From: Deltaproteobacteria bacterium
GTDB lineage: Bacteria; Myxococcota_A; Polyangia; Fen-1088
DNA length: 64,000 nucleotides
Assembly: GCA_033763315.1 (NCBI GenBank)
Contig: JANRKS010000005.1
Location: 96,001-160,000 of the forward strand
Reading direction: 5' to 3'
Shown here: in pieces, positions 1-9,226 of the stretch
Layout: every line of letters starts with the position of its first letter
How positions within the stretch are numbered: position 1 is the first letter of the stretch
Program-made: the position numbers and the translations under genes
The notes under the pieces: generated by a model
What the model saw: only the letters and a program-made list of their open reading frames with translations
What the model was told of the DNA's origin: nothing
Database searches by the model: none

Positions 1-1
1 C

Positions 2-1063
2 ATTGCCAATTTCTACAAAGCGGGGCCAAGTTCAAACACCACCCGAAGGCCCATCTTCGTGAACACGTCCACGTGCGCGCTTGTGCCGTCTTCACGCATT
101 CACTTGAAAGGCAATGTAGGGCCGGGTCGCGCTGAGAACAGCGGTGATGAATATGCGATCTCGAATGTGCCGAGTGAGATGAAATCGACAGCACTCGCGG
201 CAACGGCCTCAGCCATCGTTGCCGAGACGGCGCAGGCGGCCAGCGAGCGTGTGTTGGCGTGTGCGGGAGCCATGGCACCCATGCGGGATGGCATCGATAC
301 ACGCACCGTCAACGAGGTGAAGAACGGTATGGGTCGCATCATCGATTCGCAAACACAGGTGGGTGGTTGGCCCGCGTTTCCCGGTGGCACGGCACCTGCC
401 GACGCCGATCACGATGGCATGCCAGATGCGTGGGAACAGAGTAAGGGCTTGAACCCCAATGATGCAGCTGATGGCAACAAGCTGGCCCCAAGTGGATTCG
501 CGTGGATTGAGGAATACGTCAACGGTATCTTCACCGGGCCATGTTTCGCGTCTAGCAACGCAGGCACTGGTGGCACCGGCGCAGGTGGTGCGACGGGTGG
601 TGGTGCAATGGCTGGCGCGGCTGGTACAAGTGGCGGCGCGGGTGGAGGGGGCCGCGGTGGTGGAACCAGTGGCTCAGCTAATGCCACAGGTGGCGCAGGT
701 GGCATGGCCGGCATTGGGGGAACCGCCGGCGCCGCAGCAAAGCCGGCCACCGGTGGTTCTACAGGCGCCGGGGGGACCGGTGAAGATGAGCCCCTTGACG
801 GTGAAGGGGCTACGCCTGGTGGATGCTCATGTCACGTAGGATCGCGTGGCACGAACCACAACACCAGTGCTTGGATGTTGCTGGCGCTGGGTGCAGTCGT
901 GGGACGATGGGCCCGACGCTTTGGCACACGCGCGCCACCTCGCGAGGACGAGATGATTTTCACCAACGTCATGCGTTCGACCGAGCCCGGCCTCTTGGGA
1001 GTGCCGCCCTTGGAGGCAACGCACGGGCGAAACGAAGCCTTCTCTGTCGTTTGTCGGCGATGA
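2..1063 (+). CDS. Pectate lyase-like secreted protein, C-terminal part (5' truncated by window), with Gly-rich linker and MYXO-CTERM-like sorting tail
   Basis: The frame is open from nt 2 (IANFYKAGP). The tail DADHDGMPDAWEQSKGLNPND...IEEYVNG is typical of polysaccharide lyase family 1-like proteins. A G/A/T-rich linker follows, then GCSCHV, a hydrophobic stretch and RWARR. Confidence 0.7.
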   Translation: MANFYKAGPSSNTTRRPIFVNTSTCALVPSSRIHLKGNVGPGRAENSGDEYAISNVPSEMKSTALAATASAIVAETAQAASERVLACAGAMAPMRDGIDTRTVNEVKNGMGRIIDSQTQVGGWPAFPGGTAPADADHDGMPDAWEQSKGLNPNDAADGNKLAPSGFAWIEEYVNGIFTGPCFASSNAGTGGTGAGGATGGGAMAGAAGTSGGAGGGGRGGGTSGSANATGGAGGMAGIGGTAGAAAKPATGGSTGAGGTGEDEPLDGEGATPGGCSCHVGSRGTNHNTSAWMLLALGAVVGRWARRFGTRAPPREDEMIFTNVMRSTEPGLLGVPPLEATHGRNEAFSVVCRR

Positions 1064-1150
1064 GTCGCAGGCGACCGTGACAGCGGTTTCCTAGGCAGTT
1101 TAGGTAATTTCGCAAGGCGCCGATGTTCCCGTCGCTCGCGCAACCGCGTC

Positions 1151-3235
1151 GTGAAGGAGGTTACATTGCCGTCGCTCGCATCATCAGCAACCGTGTCGTT
1201 GATCTTGGCAGCTTTGGGCTTGGGCCTTTCGGCTTGTGATGAAGGCGCCGTCGATGACGGCGGTAGAGGAACGGATTTGGACGGAGGCGCCCTGGATGGG
1301 CCGCCGCCGCCCGACCCGAACGGGATCCCCGACCAACGGCCCCCACCACAGACCTACAAGATCGACAACAACTGGCACATCGAGATTCCATCCGGTGGCA
1401 AGGTGTCCGAGAACGCGATCACGCCGTTGAAGAACACGCACATCACCGGCAACCTGCGGATGGTGACCACGGCCTACACGTTCAATCTGGCGCAGGCGTC
1501 GATCAACGTGGTTGAATCTCAAGGGAACGTCCTGAAGCTATCGGGCACGGCCAAGGTCACGATGCCCGCTTTGCACACGTTCTCGGGCCTCGGATTGAAC
1601 GGAAGCCCCGTCTCGGCGTCCTTTGGCTACGAGCCCGGCTCGCAGTTGCACAGCCTGGGTCTGCCGCTGCAAGAGGACCGACACTACCTCTACTTTTCCT
1701 TCACTGAAGGCTTCCAGGCGTCCTTTGGAACAGGCCCCTTCAGCGCCAACACCAGTGTCACGCGAACGGTGGTGATCGATCCCGGCGACCCTTCGATCTT
1801 GTTCGCGGGTCCCATGGGACTGGTCAACGCCGTGGGGCTATCCGAAAAGGGACGCATTCCGTATACACCGACGACCACGTGGGGCTTCGACATGCCCGAG
1901 GACTATTTCCCAACCTTCACCGGTCAAAGCTTCGTGCAAGGTGAAGTGCCGCTGGAAGAGTTCCCCATCACCGTTAGCGGCAACGTCACCACCAAGTACC
2001 AGGGGTGGGATGGCACCAGCGCTTTGGACAAGACCCTGTTTGGCCACGCTGTGGGCATCAACGGAAGCCTCAACCTGGGTTGGGAGTTTCTCGATGGTGT
2101 GTTCACACTTGAAGTGCCACTCGCGAAGGCATCGATGTACCTCGAAACGAAGGGACATCCTTACAGAGCGACCGTGGCCGTCAGCGGTACAGCCGGCACC
2201 TCGACGTACCTTCCCTCGTGGATTCCCGTGGCGCTTGGTGAAGATGGCTACCTCGCAGGCTACATGGACACCGCGGACGCGTCGAAGAACCATCTGGACG
2301 GTGCCGTTACGCACACGCTCAAGGCGGCGGACCTGGGCAAGCAGATAGGCCTTCCCCTGGTGGACCTGGTGTTGGAAGAGGGCACCTGGCATGCCGATCG
2401 TATGGGCTTCCGATTCAACGGCGTCTCGAACATCGGGTTGACGCCACAGCTTATCTCCGACAGCAGCACCATCACGGCCTGTTTCGGGGGCGATCCGGTC
2501 GCATGCTTGTCTGATGATCAGAACGGAACGCCTGTGATGGGCTCGAAGGACTGGGTCATCCGCTCCGAGGGATCGCTGACGATTGCCAACGTGCCCCTCA
2601 CAGGCACCACTGTGATGGCCAGCCCCAAGGGCATCTCGATAGAATCATTCTACGACACCGGAATCCAAAAGGCGTCGATGATTGGCGCCCTCACCCCTGG
2701 ACCAAAATTATCATCCCCGCACGTCAAGTTGACGGGCACAGCTTCCGTGAGCATGCGCCTGAACGCGGCCAACGAGATCCTGTCTGCGGTGGTGGACGGA
2801 GCGTTGTGCGGATACGAGGAGATCGTCAGCGCTGCCAAATGTGGGTCCTCGTTGACACACTTTACCGACGTGTTCCACTGCGGCAGACCGCACTGCAGCT
2901 GGTCCTGGCGACACGGACTGCGCTGCGACTCGATCTCCTGCAGCATCAAGTGGCCCAAGACGTGCGACGATCTCACTCATCCCAAGAAGTGTGTTCCTCC
3001 TGGTAACAGCGACTTCGACCTCGGTAGCGTGGAGGGCACTGTCTCGTTGACCATCACCGAATACGGAATCAGCGGAGCGCTTACCGGTACCTTCTGCGCC
3101 GCTGGCGGTGGGTGCTCTTCGCTCAAAGACGTGGGAACGCTTGACTTCTCGAACATCCACCGACCGAAGGTGTGCATCGACAGCAAGGAGATCGATGGTT
3201 CTTTGCCGCTGGGGAAGTTCTGTGCGCGGTTCTGA
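1151..3235 (+). CDS. Hypothetical lipoprotein, beta-rich body with Cys-rich C-terminus
   Basis: 694-aa ORF with GTG start, hydrophobic signal and LSAC lipobox, Pro-rich linker, and many Cys residues in the last ~150 aa. Confidence 0.7.
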   Translation: MKEVTLPSLASSATVSLILAALGLGLSACDEGAVDDGGRGTDLDGGALDGPPPPDPNGIPDQRPPPQTYKIDNNWHIEIPSGGKVSENAITPLKNTHITGNLRMVTTAYTFNLAQASINVVESQGNVLKLSGTAKVTMPALHTFSGLGLNGSPVSASFGYEPGSQLHSLGLPLQEDRHYLYFSFTEGFQASFGTGPFSANTSVTRTVVIDPGDPSILFAGPMGLVNAVGLSEKGRIPYTPTTTWGFDMPEDYFPTFTGQSFVQGEVPLEEFPITVSGNVTTKYQGWDGTSALDKTLFGHAVGINGSLNLGWEFLDGVFTLEVPLAKASMYLETKGHPYRATVAVSGTAGTSTYLPSWIPVALGEDGYLAGYMDTADASKNHLDGAVTHTLKAADLGKQIGLPLVDLVLEEGTWHADRMGFRFNGVSNIGLTPQLISDSSTITACFGGDPVACLSDDQNGTPVMGSKDWVIRSEGSLTIANVPLTGTTVMASPKGISIESFYDTGIQKASMIGALTPGPKLSSPHVKLTGTASVSMRLNAANEILSAVVDGALCGYEEIVSAAKCGSSLTHFTDVFHCGRPHCSWSWRHGLRCDSISCSIKWPKTCDDLTHPKKCVPPGNSDFDLGSVEGTVSLTITEYGISGALTGTFCAAGGGCSSLKDVGTLDFSNIHRPKVCIDSKEIDGSLPLGKFCARF

Positions 3236-3589
3236 ACGTGGGCGGTTCGGAAGCCAGTCAGGGTTTCACCCGACATGCCGGCGACCCCGGACAGGGTTAC
3301 CCATGATCCATCTTGCCCTTGAGCCGCAGCGTGGTTCGGTGCAGATGCAAGTCAAGTCGTTCACTTGCGCAGCCATGGCAGCGAGCCGCCAACGCCGCTT
3401 GCTGACTGATTGGGTGCGCATTCAATCCTGACGACGTTCTGACAAGCGACCACGAAGAATCGATAGATGCCATCTGCGCCGCTGCTGTCCGTCACGCAAA
3501 CCCGTTGAGACGGGTCGCCGCCTAAGCAAGGGGACTTCCTTGCAAGCAAGTGGGGAAGATTCTCTTTATGGCGGCGTTCTTCTCATGAC

Positions 3590-4675
3590 GTGAGCGGACG
3601 CATGAAAGGAGCTTATCAATCTGGGGCCACAGGGGGCGCAACGGGGTTTGGATTCGTTTCCGCCAAGGAGCGCTTGGAAGCGGGCCTGTTTTTCGCCGAC
3701 CTTCTGGGCAGCCCCGCCGTTGGTCAGGCAGAACCCGTGCGGCGTCGCCGCCTTCGCCCGGCGCCATGGCAAGAGGCGCACGAAGCTGCAGAGACACTGG
3801 TGCAGGGCGCTCTCACCGATAGCGAATGGCGTTCGATCATTAACTGCCTGGCTCGGGGCGAGGCAGACGTGGGGTGGCCCTTAACAGCGGATCCAGACAG
3901 GAACGCCTCGTTGCTTGCCGCTCGCTTGTTCTGCGAACGCAACGCTTTGCGCGTGGATAGCCGTCGTGAAGATCCCCTGCTGTGTGTTCTTAACGACGTG
4001 ACAATCAACGATCCACGTGTGCGAGCGCTGGTGCCTCACGTAAACGCGCGTGGGCCGTTGCGGCTGTGGCAGCTTGTGGCCGCCGCTGATCGGCAGCGGC
4101 ACGTGATGCGGCTGCTGATCACCACATACGCGTATCCAGCGAACGCCGCGGCTGGGTTGGTGGGTAACCTGATGGCTGAGTCGGGGGTGATTCCAAGCCG
4201 CGTCGAGGGCAGCACGGCCGCCACACCTTTGCGCGCGCGCAACTTTGCGAATGTGCAAACCGATTTCACCGCCTGGGACGTTATGAACCGGAACGCGGCA
4301 ACCAATGTAGGCCCGCGCTTGCCGGGCATTGGCCTGGCGCAATGGACTTCGGCAGCACGCCGCGCGGGTTTGTTCACGCGCCACTTCCGGAACGTAAACC
4401 TAGGCGCTCAGGTGCTTTTCGATATGGATGCGCAGGTTGATTACTTGGTGTCCGAGCTGCGCGGTGCCGGATTTGCGGCGGTTCAGCGCGTTCTCACGAA
4501 CCCGGCTGTCACGGTGGAACAAGCCAGTGACGAAGTGGTTTATAACTTTGAGATCCCTGGATCTATCTTAAGCGGAGGCGCCAAGCTGCCGCGCACGGCG
4601 GCCCCTGTGCAGGCTGTGTTCATGCAGCGTCGGGCGTTGGGCACCCAAGCCCGCAGCTTCGCTCCTGCCACTTAA
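3590..4675 (+). CDS. Phage tail lysozyme-like (Phage_lysozyme2-type) muramidase with N-terminal extension
   Basis: Motifs AAAGLVGNLMAESG, GIGLAQWT..RR, QVDYLVSEL and ASDEVVYNFE.P. No signal peptide. Start codon uncertain (3590 GTG or 3602 ATG). Confidence 0.75.
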   Translation: MSGRMKGAYQSGATGGATGFGFVSAKERLEAGLFFADLLGSPAVGQAEPVRRRRLRPAPWQEAHEAAETLVQGALTDSEWRSIINCLARGEADVGWPLTADPDRNASLLAARLFCERNALRVDSRREDPLLCVLNDVTINDPRVRALVPHVNARGPLRLWQLVAAADRQRHVMRLLITTYAYPANAAAGLVGNLMAESGVIPSRVEGSTAATPLRARNFANVQTDFTAWDVMNRNAATNVGPRLPGIGLAQWTSAARRAGLFTRHFRNVNLGAQVLFDMDAQVDYLVSELRGAGFAAVQRVLTNPAVTVEQASDEVVYNFEIPGSILSGGAKLPRTAAPVQAVFMQRRALGTQARSFAPAT

Positions 4676-4698
4676 AGCACGACCACGGGAGGGCCGAG

Positions 4699-5439
4699 AT
4701 GGCTTTGCCAATCGAAAGTGCTCGCCTGCTGGATTTCATTGGCGGCGCGGACTTGGCTGTGGTGTTCATGTCGCTGCACCCGGTGCATGCGTTTAACGAA
4801 TGCCTGTGTGAACACTTCGTTGAACAGCAAGGCAAGCGTGTGACATTTGGCGTGGTGAATTTACGCGACCTCGTCACAACGCCCAATGCGCCGCTGCCGT
4901 TTTTGCATCAAAGCCTGCGCGCGTGTGGCGTGCCGAGTGCGTTCGGTGTGCTTCCTGGCTATTGGTTGTTTAGCGAAGGCGCGCTTTTGGCATGGAACTC
5001 GGGGCTTCCGCGCGCCGTCGATGCAGGCTCCATCGCGCGCGGCTCTTGGTTGGCGGCGGTGTGGTCGGGCTTCACCGGGCGCACGTCATTCGTGGTTCAG
5101 GCGCTGCACACCGGCGCCAAGGAAGCCACGGCACGCCGCGTGGCCGCGTGCTTTCGTCAGGCGGTGGAAGCGGGCCTTCATGATCAACCACGGGCCAGCG
5201 CCTGGCAGCGTCCGCCCACGCCTGACGAAGAACTTATTCGGGCGTACGAAACCCTGGCCGTTTCTCCGCAAGCCACGGATCAAGAAGTCAAAGAAGCGTG
5301 GCGGCAGCGCCGACGTGAAGTGCATCCCGATCAACACGCCCACGATCCGATCTTGTTCGAACGGTTGAGCCAACGTTCCGCACAGATCAATCACGCACGC
5401 GATGTGATCTTCGCGCACCGGCGGCGTTGGCAAAATTAA
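4699..5439 (+). CDS. J-domain (DnaJ-like) protein with a possible thioredoxin-like N-terminal domain
   Basis: C-terminal AYETLAV...EVKEAWR...VHPD...INHARD is a J domain with the HPD motif. GGGAGG RBS upstream. The stop codon overlaps the convergent gene (TTAA, 5436-5439). Confidence 0.8.
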   Translation: MALPIESARLLDFIGGADLAVVFMSLHPVHAFNECLCEHFVEQQGKRVTFGVVNLRDLVTTPNAPLPFLHQSLRACGVPSAFGVLPGYWLFSEGALLAWNSGLPRAVDAGSIARGSWLAAVWSGFTGRTSFVVQALHTGAKEATARRVAACFRQAVEAGLHDQPRASAWQRPPTPDEELIRAYETLAVSPQATDQEVKEAWRQRRREVHPDQHAHDPILFERLSQRSAQINHARDVIFAHRRRWQN

Positions 5440-5912
5440 CGAGGTTTACGCTGTTTGCGTGCAGGTTTCGCTGTTGAAGCCACGGCGTTGGCCTCGAGGC
5501 GGCGCTGTAGTTCCGCGTTCTGGCGTTGTAGATCCGCAAGGTGAGCTTCAAGCGCCGCAAACTCGTGCTGGCGAGCGGCCAGTTGCTTTTGCTGCTGATC
5601 AAGGGTGGCTTGGCGCTCCCGGCTCACGCGCTCTCGCTCATGTGTGAGAGCCTCGTCGCGCGCCAAGCGTTTGCGTTGCCGCCGATCAAGAAGCGTGATC
5701 GCGATGGCCGAGCCCGTGGTTTGAAAGGCCGCTTTGACCGCGCCGCTGCGGGTGCCTGCGGCGGCCGCGATAACCACGTTGCCTGCGGCCAACTCAAGAT
5801 CAGGTGAGCCCAAGATCAGCGTTTGTCCCAGCACTTGGTGGCCCATTCGCCCTTGCAGCAGCACAACGCCGCCCAACAAACGCGCCAATCTTTGGAGCGG
5901 GTTCTCAGCCAC
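5436..5912 (-). CDS. Hypothetical protein: hydrophobic N-terminal half, coiled coil, basic tail
   Basis: The GTG at 5912 overlaps the end of the upstream gene, suggesting translational coupling. Heptad-like LDQQQKQLAARQHEFAALEAHLADLQRQNAEL, tail KPARKQRKPR. The longer 6191 start overlaps the neighbouring gene and is unlikely. Confidence 0.65.
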   Translation of the reverse strand: MAENPLQRLARLLGGVVLLQGRMGHQVLGQTLILGSPDLELAAGNVVIAAAAGTRSGAVKAAFQTTGSAIAITLLDRRQRKRLARDEALTHERERVSRERQATLDQQQKQLAARQHEFAALEAHLADLQRQNAELQRRLEANAVASTAKPARKQRKPR

Positions 5913-6819
5913 TGGCCACCCCCGTGTCCACCATCCACGCAAAGCGGATGGATGTGGTGCTGGGTGCACCCAGTAGAACAATGAGCAATTGGCCGTCCCG
6001 AACCACCCCGCGAACCGATTTTTCACCTGCAGCGTCAAGCCCCGTAATGGCCACGGGAACATCAGTGCGGGCTTTAAAATTTGCCCACATCGCGCTGGCG
6101 ATGCGGCTTCGCAAGGGCACCACAACGCTTGATTGGCCGGGAGAAAACGTTGCCAACCCAGAAACGAACCGTACGTGCTGCCGGCGACCAAGAAAGATCT
6201 TGCTGGTGGTGAGGCTGCCCAAGGGCGAAAGCGTCTCTAGAAGCCCGCCTGGCTTAATGTGGGGGAAGCCAAGCTGCTGCAGAAGCGGCACCACGAAGCT
6301 CCACAAAAGTTGGTTGCCCGCCAAAAGCAAATTGTTCGTGGACAACAGGCTTCCTGTTTCGCCGTACGCGGCCACTTGCATAGATGAAACAACAGCGTTG
6401 ACCTTTTGTACCTGTGCCGCCTTCGCTTGGGCACGCCCATCGGCACGGCGCTTGGTTTGCATCGTGCGTTCTACCGAGGCAAGGCGCTTGGTCTGCTTTT
6501 GGGCGTTGATCTGAGCGCTTCGGCGGGTTCGCCTAAGTTGGCCTGCCAGATCGCCGAATCCCTTCACCACCGCCAGCATCGCTTCATCCAGCTTCTGCTC
6601 CAGGGCTTGCACTTTGCCATCCAAGGCTACGTGGCTTGCCTGCAGCTGTTGCAGCCGGCGCTCGTGCAGCGCCAGGGTTGCGTCGGGCGAGGCCTGCTTA
6701 CGCGCGGTCAACTGCCGTTGCGCAAAGGCGCTGGCAAGGGGGGCGAGGCTCAGCGGCGCTCGACCTTGTTCGCGTGCTCTGGCTTGCTTGGCAAGGTCGG
6801 CCAACGCTCGGGTGCTCAT
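5905..6819 (-). CDS. Hypothetical coiled-coil/hydrophobic-hairpin protein, paralogue 3
   Basis: Shares AAYG..G.L...NN, RF(V/I).G, VP.., V.DG.L and AW.VDT motifs with the two upstream genes. ATGA overlap with the upstream stop. Confidence 0.8.
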   Translation of the reverse strand: MSTRALADLAKQARAREQGRAPLSLAPLASAFAQRQLTARKQASPDATLALHERRLQQLQASHVALDGKVQALEQKLDEAMLAVVKGFGDLAGQLRRTRRSAQINAQKQTKRLASVERTMQTKRRADGRAQAKAAQVQKVNAVVSSMQVAAYGETGSLLSTNNLLLAGNQLLWSFVVPLLQQLGFPHIKPGGLLETLSPLGSLTTSKIFLGRRQHVRFVSGLATFSPGQSSVVVPLRSRIASAMWANFKARTDVPVAITGLDAAGEKSVRGVVRDGQLLIVLLGAPSTTSIRFAWMVDTGVASG

Positions 6820-7802
6820 GCGCTCTCCTTTGTGTCAACAAGCCACGCCACCTTTAGCGATGTCACCAGTGGCTGAAGGGCAGGCGGGGGCATCTCTGGT
6901 AGTCGCACTGATTCGCGCACCACCACCGAAAGTCTAAGAACGCCTTCTTGCACCTGCGCGGTGACGCCGGCAATGTGCGCGTCGCCCGCCATCGCTGCAG
7001 GCGTCCACTGCACTTCGGCAACGGTGGCAATGGCTGGGACGGCCAAAAAGCCCACAAAATCCTCGCGGTGAAGCGGGGAGATGAATGGCAAAAGATCCAA
7101 ATGTTGTTCAAGTACTGTGTGGCGTGTACCGGCTTGCGTTTGTTCGCGAACGGCAACAAAAGCACTGGCGAATCCGTCGATGAAGCGCTCGTTTTGACGG
7201 TCACGCAGCAGCAGCCAGGCCAACAGCACATTCGCCGCGGGCGTTAAGTAAGACCAAACGTCGGGCGATCGAACGCCCGGCTCAGGCACCTTTGTGCCGC
7301 CCAAAAAGTCAGTGACCTTATCACCGAGCAGCCAGATGCCGGCCAGCACACCCAGCGTCATGTTGTTTGCGTCCCAAAGTGTGCCATTGCGGCCATACGC
7401 GGCCACCAAGGGCAGCGAGCTTGCCAACACCAACTGATCCAAACGATTGCGTTGGCTTGACCAACGGATCCATGTGGTGTGCTGATCGGCCATCTTGTTG
7501 GCCTCGGCACGCTGGGTTGCGGATACGGCCGAAAGCTTCTGGTGCTGCCGCGTGTGCTCGGCAATAGCCTTCTGTGCCGTTCGGCGGCGCGCTTGAACCT
7601 GCGAACGCGCAAGCCTTTGGGTGTCAACAGAGACGCGGTCGGCGTGGGCCTTTATGGCCGATGCGTTGGCTCGGGCACGCATTCGGAACCGCGCTTGCTT
7701 GGCACCGATCGCTTCACGCAGCTCCGAGGCCTGCGCCAACGTGGCCACAGCGGGTTCAACACGCATCCACACCACACGTCCGGACGACAACCTGGCTCTC
7801 AT
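6816..7802 (-). CDS. Hypothetical coiled-coil/hydrophobic-hairpin protein, paralogue 2
   Basis: Motifs LPLVAAYGRNGTLWDANNMTLG, QNERFIDGF, VPAIAT, VQEGVLRLSV and VAWLVDT. ATG at 7802 chosen as start. Confidence 0.8.
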   Translation of the reverse strand: MRARLSSGRVVWMRVEPAVATLAQASELREAIGAKQARFRMRARANASAIKAHADRVSVDTQRLARSQVQARRRTAQKAIAEHTRQHQKLSAVSATQRAEANKMADQHTTWIRWSSQRNRLDQLVLASSLPLVAAYGRNGTLWDANNMTLGVLAGIWLLGDKVTDFLGGTKVPEPGVRSPDVWSYLTPAANVLLAWLLLRDRQNERFIDGFASAFVAVREQTQAGTRHTVLEQHLDLLPFISPLHREDFVGFLAVPAIATVAEVQWTPAAMAGDAHIAGVTAQVQEGVLRLSVVVRESVRLPEMPPPALQPLVTSLKVAWLVDTKESA

Positions 7803-7895
7803 GGATGTTTCACTTTGCAACAAGAGGACGAAACGTAGGCCGCAAGCGACGCCTCCCAGGGGAAGCGCCGCTCACAAGCCAGGTTTGCTTTGGCC

Positions 7896-9170
7896 TTACG
7901 CCTCAGCGTGGGCGTCCACCACGTAGGCCACAGTGACCTTCGTAACCGCCGCTGCCCCGTCGGTGACGGAGAGCTTGAGCTTTCCATCCACCACCGACGC
8001 GCTTACATTGCCTTCAGCACCCACCAAAGTGGCTACGGCCGGCACAGACTTCAACTTCGCGAAATCGGCTACGGCATCCTCTGCGATGTCCAACGTCACT
8101 TCATCGGCGCCAACGCCACCCGCCAACGTGATGTCCTTGAAGCCTGTGACGAACCGTTCGTTCTGCGTGTCCTTGAGCAGGTAGTGAGCCGCCAAGGGGT
8201 ACGCCACAGGCGCGGCCCATGACCACAGATTGGCCACGCCACTCCAGGTTTTTCCGCCTTTGCCCTTGCCGGTGAACTGATCGATCATCTCGTCGCCCAG
8301 CAAGAAGCCGCCCAGCGCGCCCGTCAAGATCATGTTGTTCTTCGACAACAATTCGCGTCGTCCATACGCCGAGTATAGCGGCAACGCCGTGGCCATCAGC
8401 ACGTTGTTCAAGAGCTGCCGCTGCCGTTGACGCTTGATGAGGCGCAACGTCCGACGGCCGTGCTTCTCAAGCGCCACCTTGTTTGCGGCCGATTCAGCGC
8501 TAATTCGCTTGTCGAGCTTCGTGTGTCCTGCAGCGATGCGTGCGCCCAGCTCCTTATCGCTTTTCACTTGCTGCGCGGTTAGCTTGGTGACCGCTGCAGC
8601 CTGTGCGGCCGCCAGGCCCGCCAAGGCCTTGCGTTGCGTGGCAAGAGCTGCGGTTTGCTGCCTGTCGTTGTGGTTGAAGGTGTTGCGAAGCTTATTTACC
8701 TCGGAAAGCGGTGCCAACCGCGGCGTAAAGCTAATGCGCGCTTTGCGACCGTTGGCCAATGTGGCGGTTACCATTCCGCCTTGCACCGGCGCAGCCGCAT
8801 GCGCTGTGGAGCGCCCGCCCAAGTTGATGGCACGGAGCTGGTTCGTGATGGTTTGACGAGTCGCCGCCGCGCGTTTTGCTTCCAAAGCGGCCACCTTGGC
8901 GATGCCGCTTTGAAATTGAGCACGACGAGCCTTGTCTTGGAAGGCACGGATGCGAACGGTGGCACTCGGTGTGGCTTCGTCAGACTCGTCGGATTCGTCA
9001 AACGCCTCATCGGATTCATCCGAGGCCTCGAACGCTTCGTCGGACTCGTCGGATTCGTCAAACGCCTCGTCGGATTCATCCGAGGCCTCGAACGTTTCGT
9101 CGCTTGCCTCCATGTCCTCGTCGTACTCGTCGAACGCTTCGTCTATTGCTTCATCTTGGCTCTCGAACAT
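7896..9170 (-). CDS. Hypothetical coiled-coil/hydrophobic-hairpin protein, paralogue 1, with acidic repeat N-terminus
   Basis: GGAGG RBS. The N-terminal ~66 aa are EAFDESDESD repeats. Motifs LPLYSAYGRRELLSKNNMILTG, QNERFVTGF, VPAVAT, VVDGKLKLSV and VAYVVD. Confidence 0.85.
   Translation of the reverse strand: MFESQDEAIDEAFDEYDEDMEASDETFEASDESDEAFDESDESDEAFEASDESDEAFDESDESDEATPSATVRIRAFQDKARRAQFQSGIAKVAALEAKRAAATRQTITNQLRAINLGGRSTAHAAAPVQGGMVTATLANGRKARISFTPRLAPLSEVNKLRNTFNHNDRQQTAALATQRKALAGLAAAQAAAVTKLTAQQVKSDKELGARIAAGHTKLDKRISAESAANKVALEKHGRRTLRLIKRQRQRQLLNNVLMATALPLYSAYGRRELLSKNNMILTGALGGFLLGDEMIDQFTGKGKGGKTWSGVANLWSWAAPVAYPLAAHYLLKDTQNERFVTGFKDITLAGGVGADEVTLDIAEDAVADFAKLKSVPAVATLVGAEGNVSASVVDGKLKLSVTDGAAAVTKVTVAYVVDAHAEA
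8974..9102. repeat. 60-bp tandem repeat (~2.1 copies) encoding the acidic unit FEASDESDEAFDESDESDEA
   Basis: Lines 9001-9042 and 9061-9102 are nearly identical, as are 8974-9000 and 9034-9060. Confidence 0.9.
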
Positions 9171-9226
9171 GATCCATACCTCCGCGGTTTGCTAACGGTC
9201 GTTTTCTTGACCTTCAATGGGTTTGT

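Noticed and set aside
5913-6191. N-terminal extension of ORF 5436..6191
   Set aside because: It overlaps the paralogue 3 gene in another frame. The coupled GTG at 5912 is more plausible.
8974-9102. Tandem repeat considered as a CRISPR array
   Set aside because: The copies are contiguous with no unique spacers, lie in frame within a CDS, and no cas genes are present.
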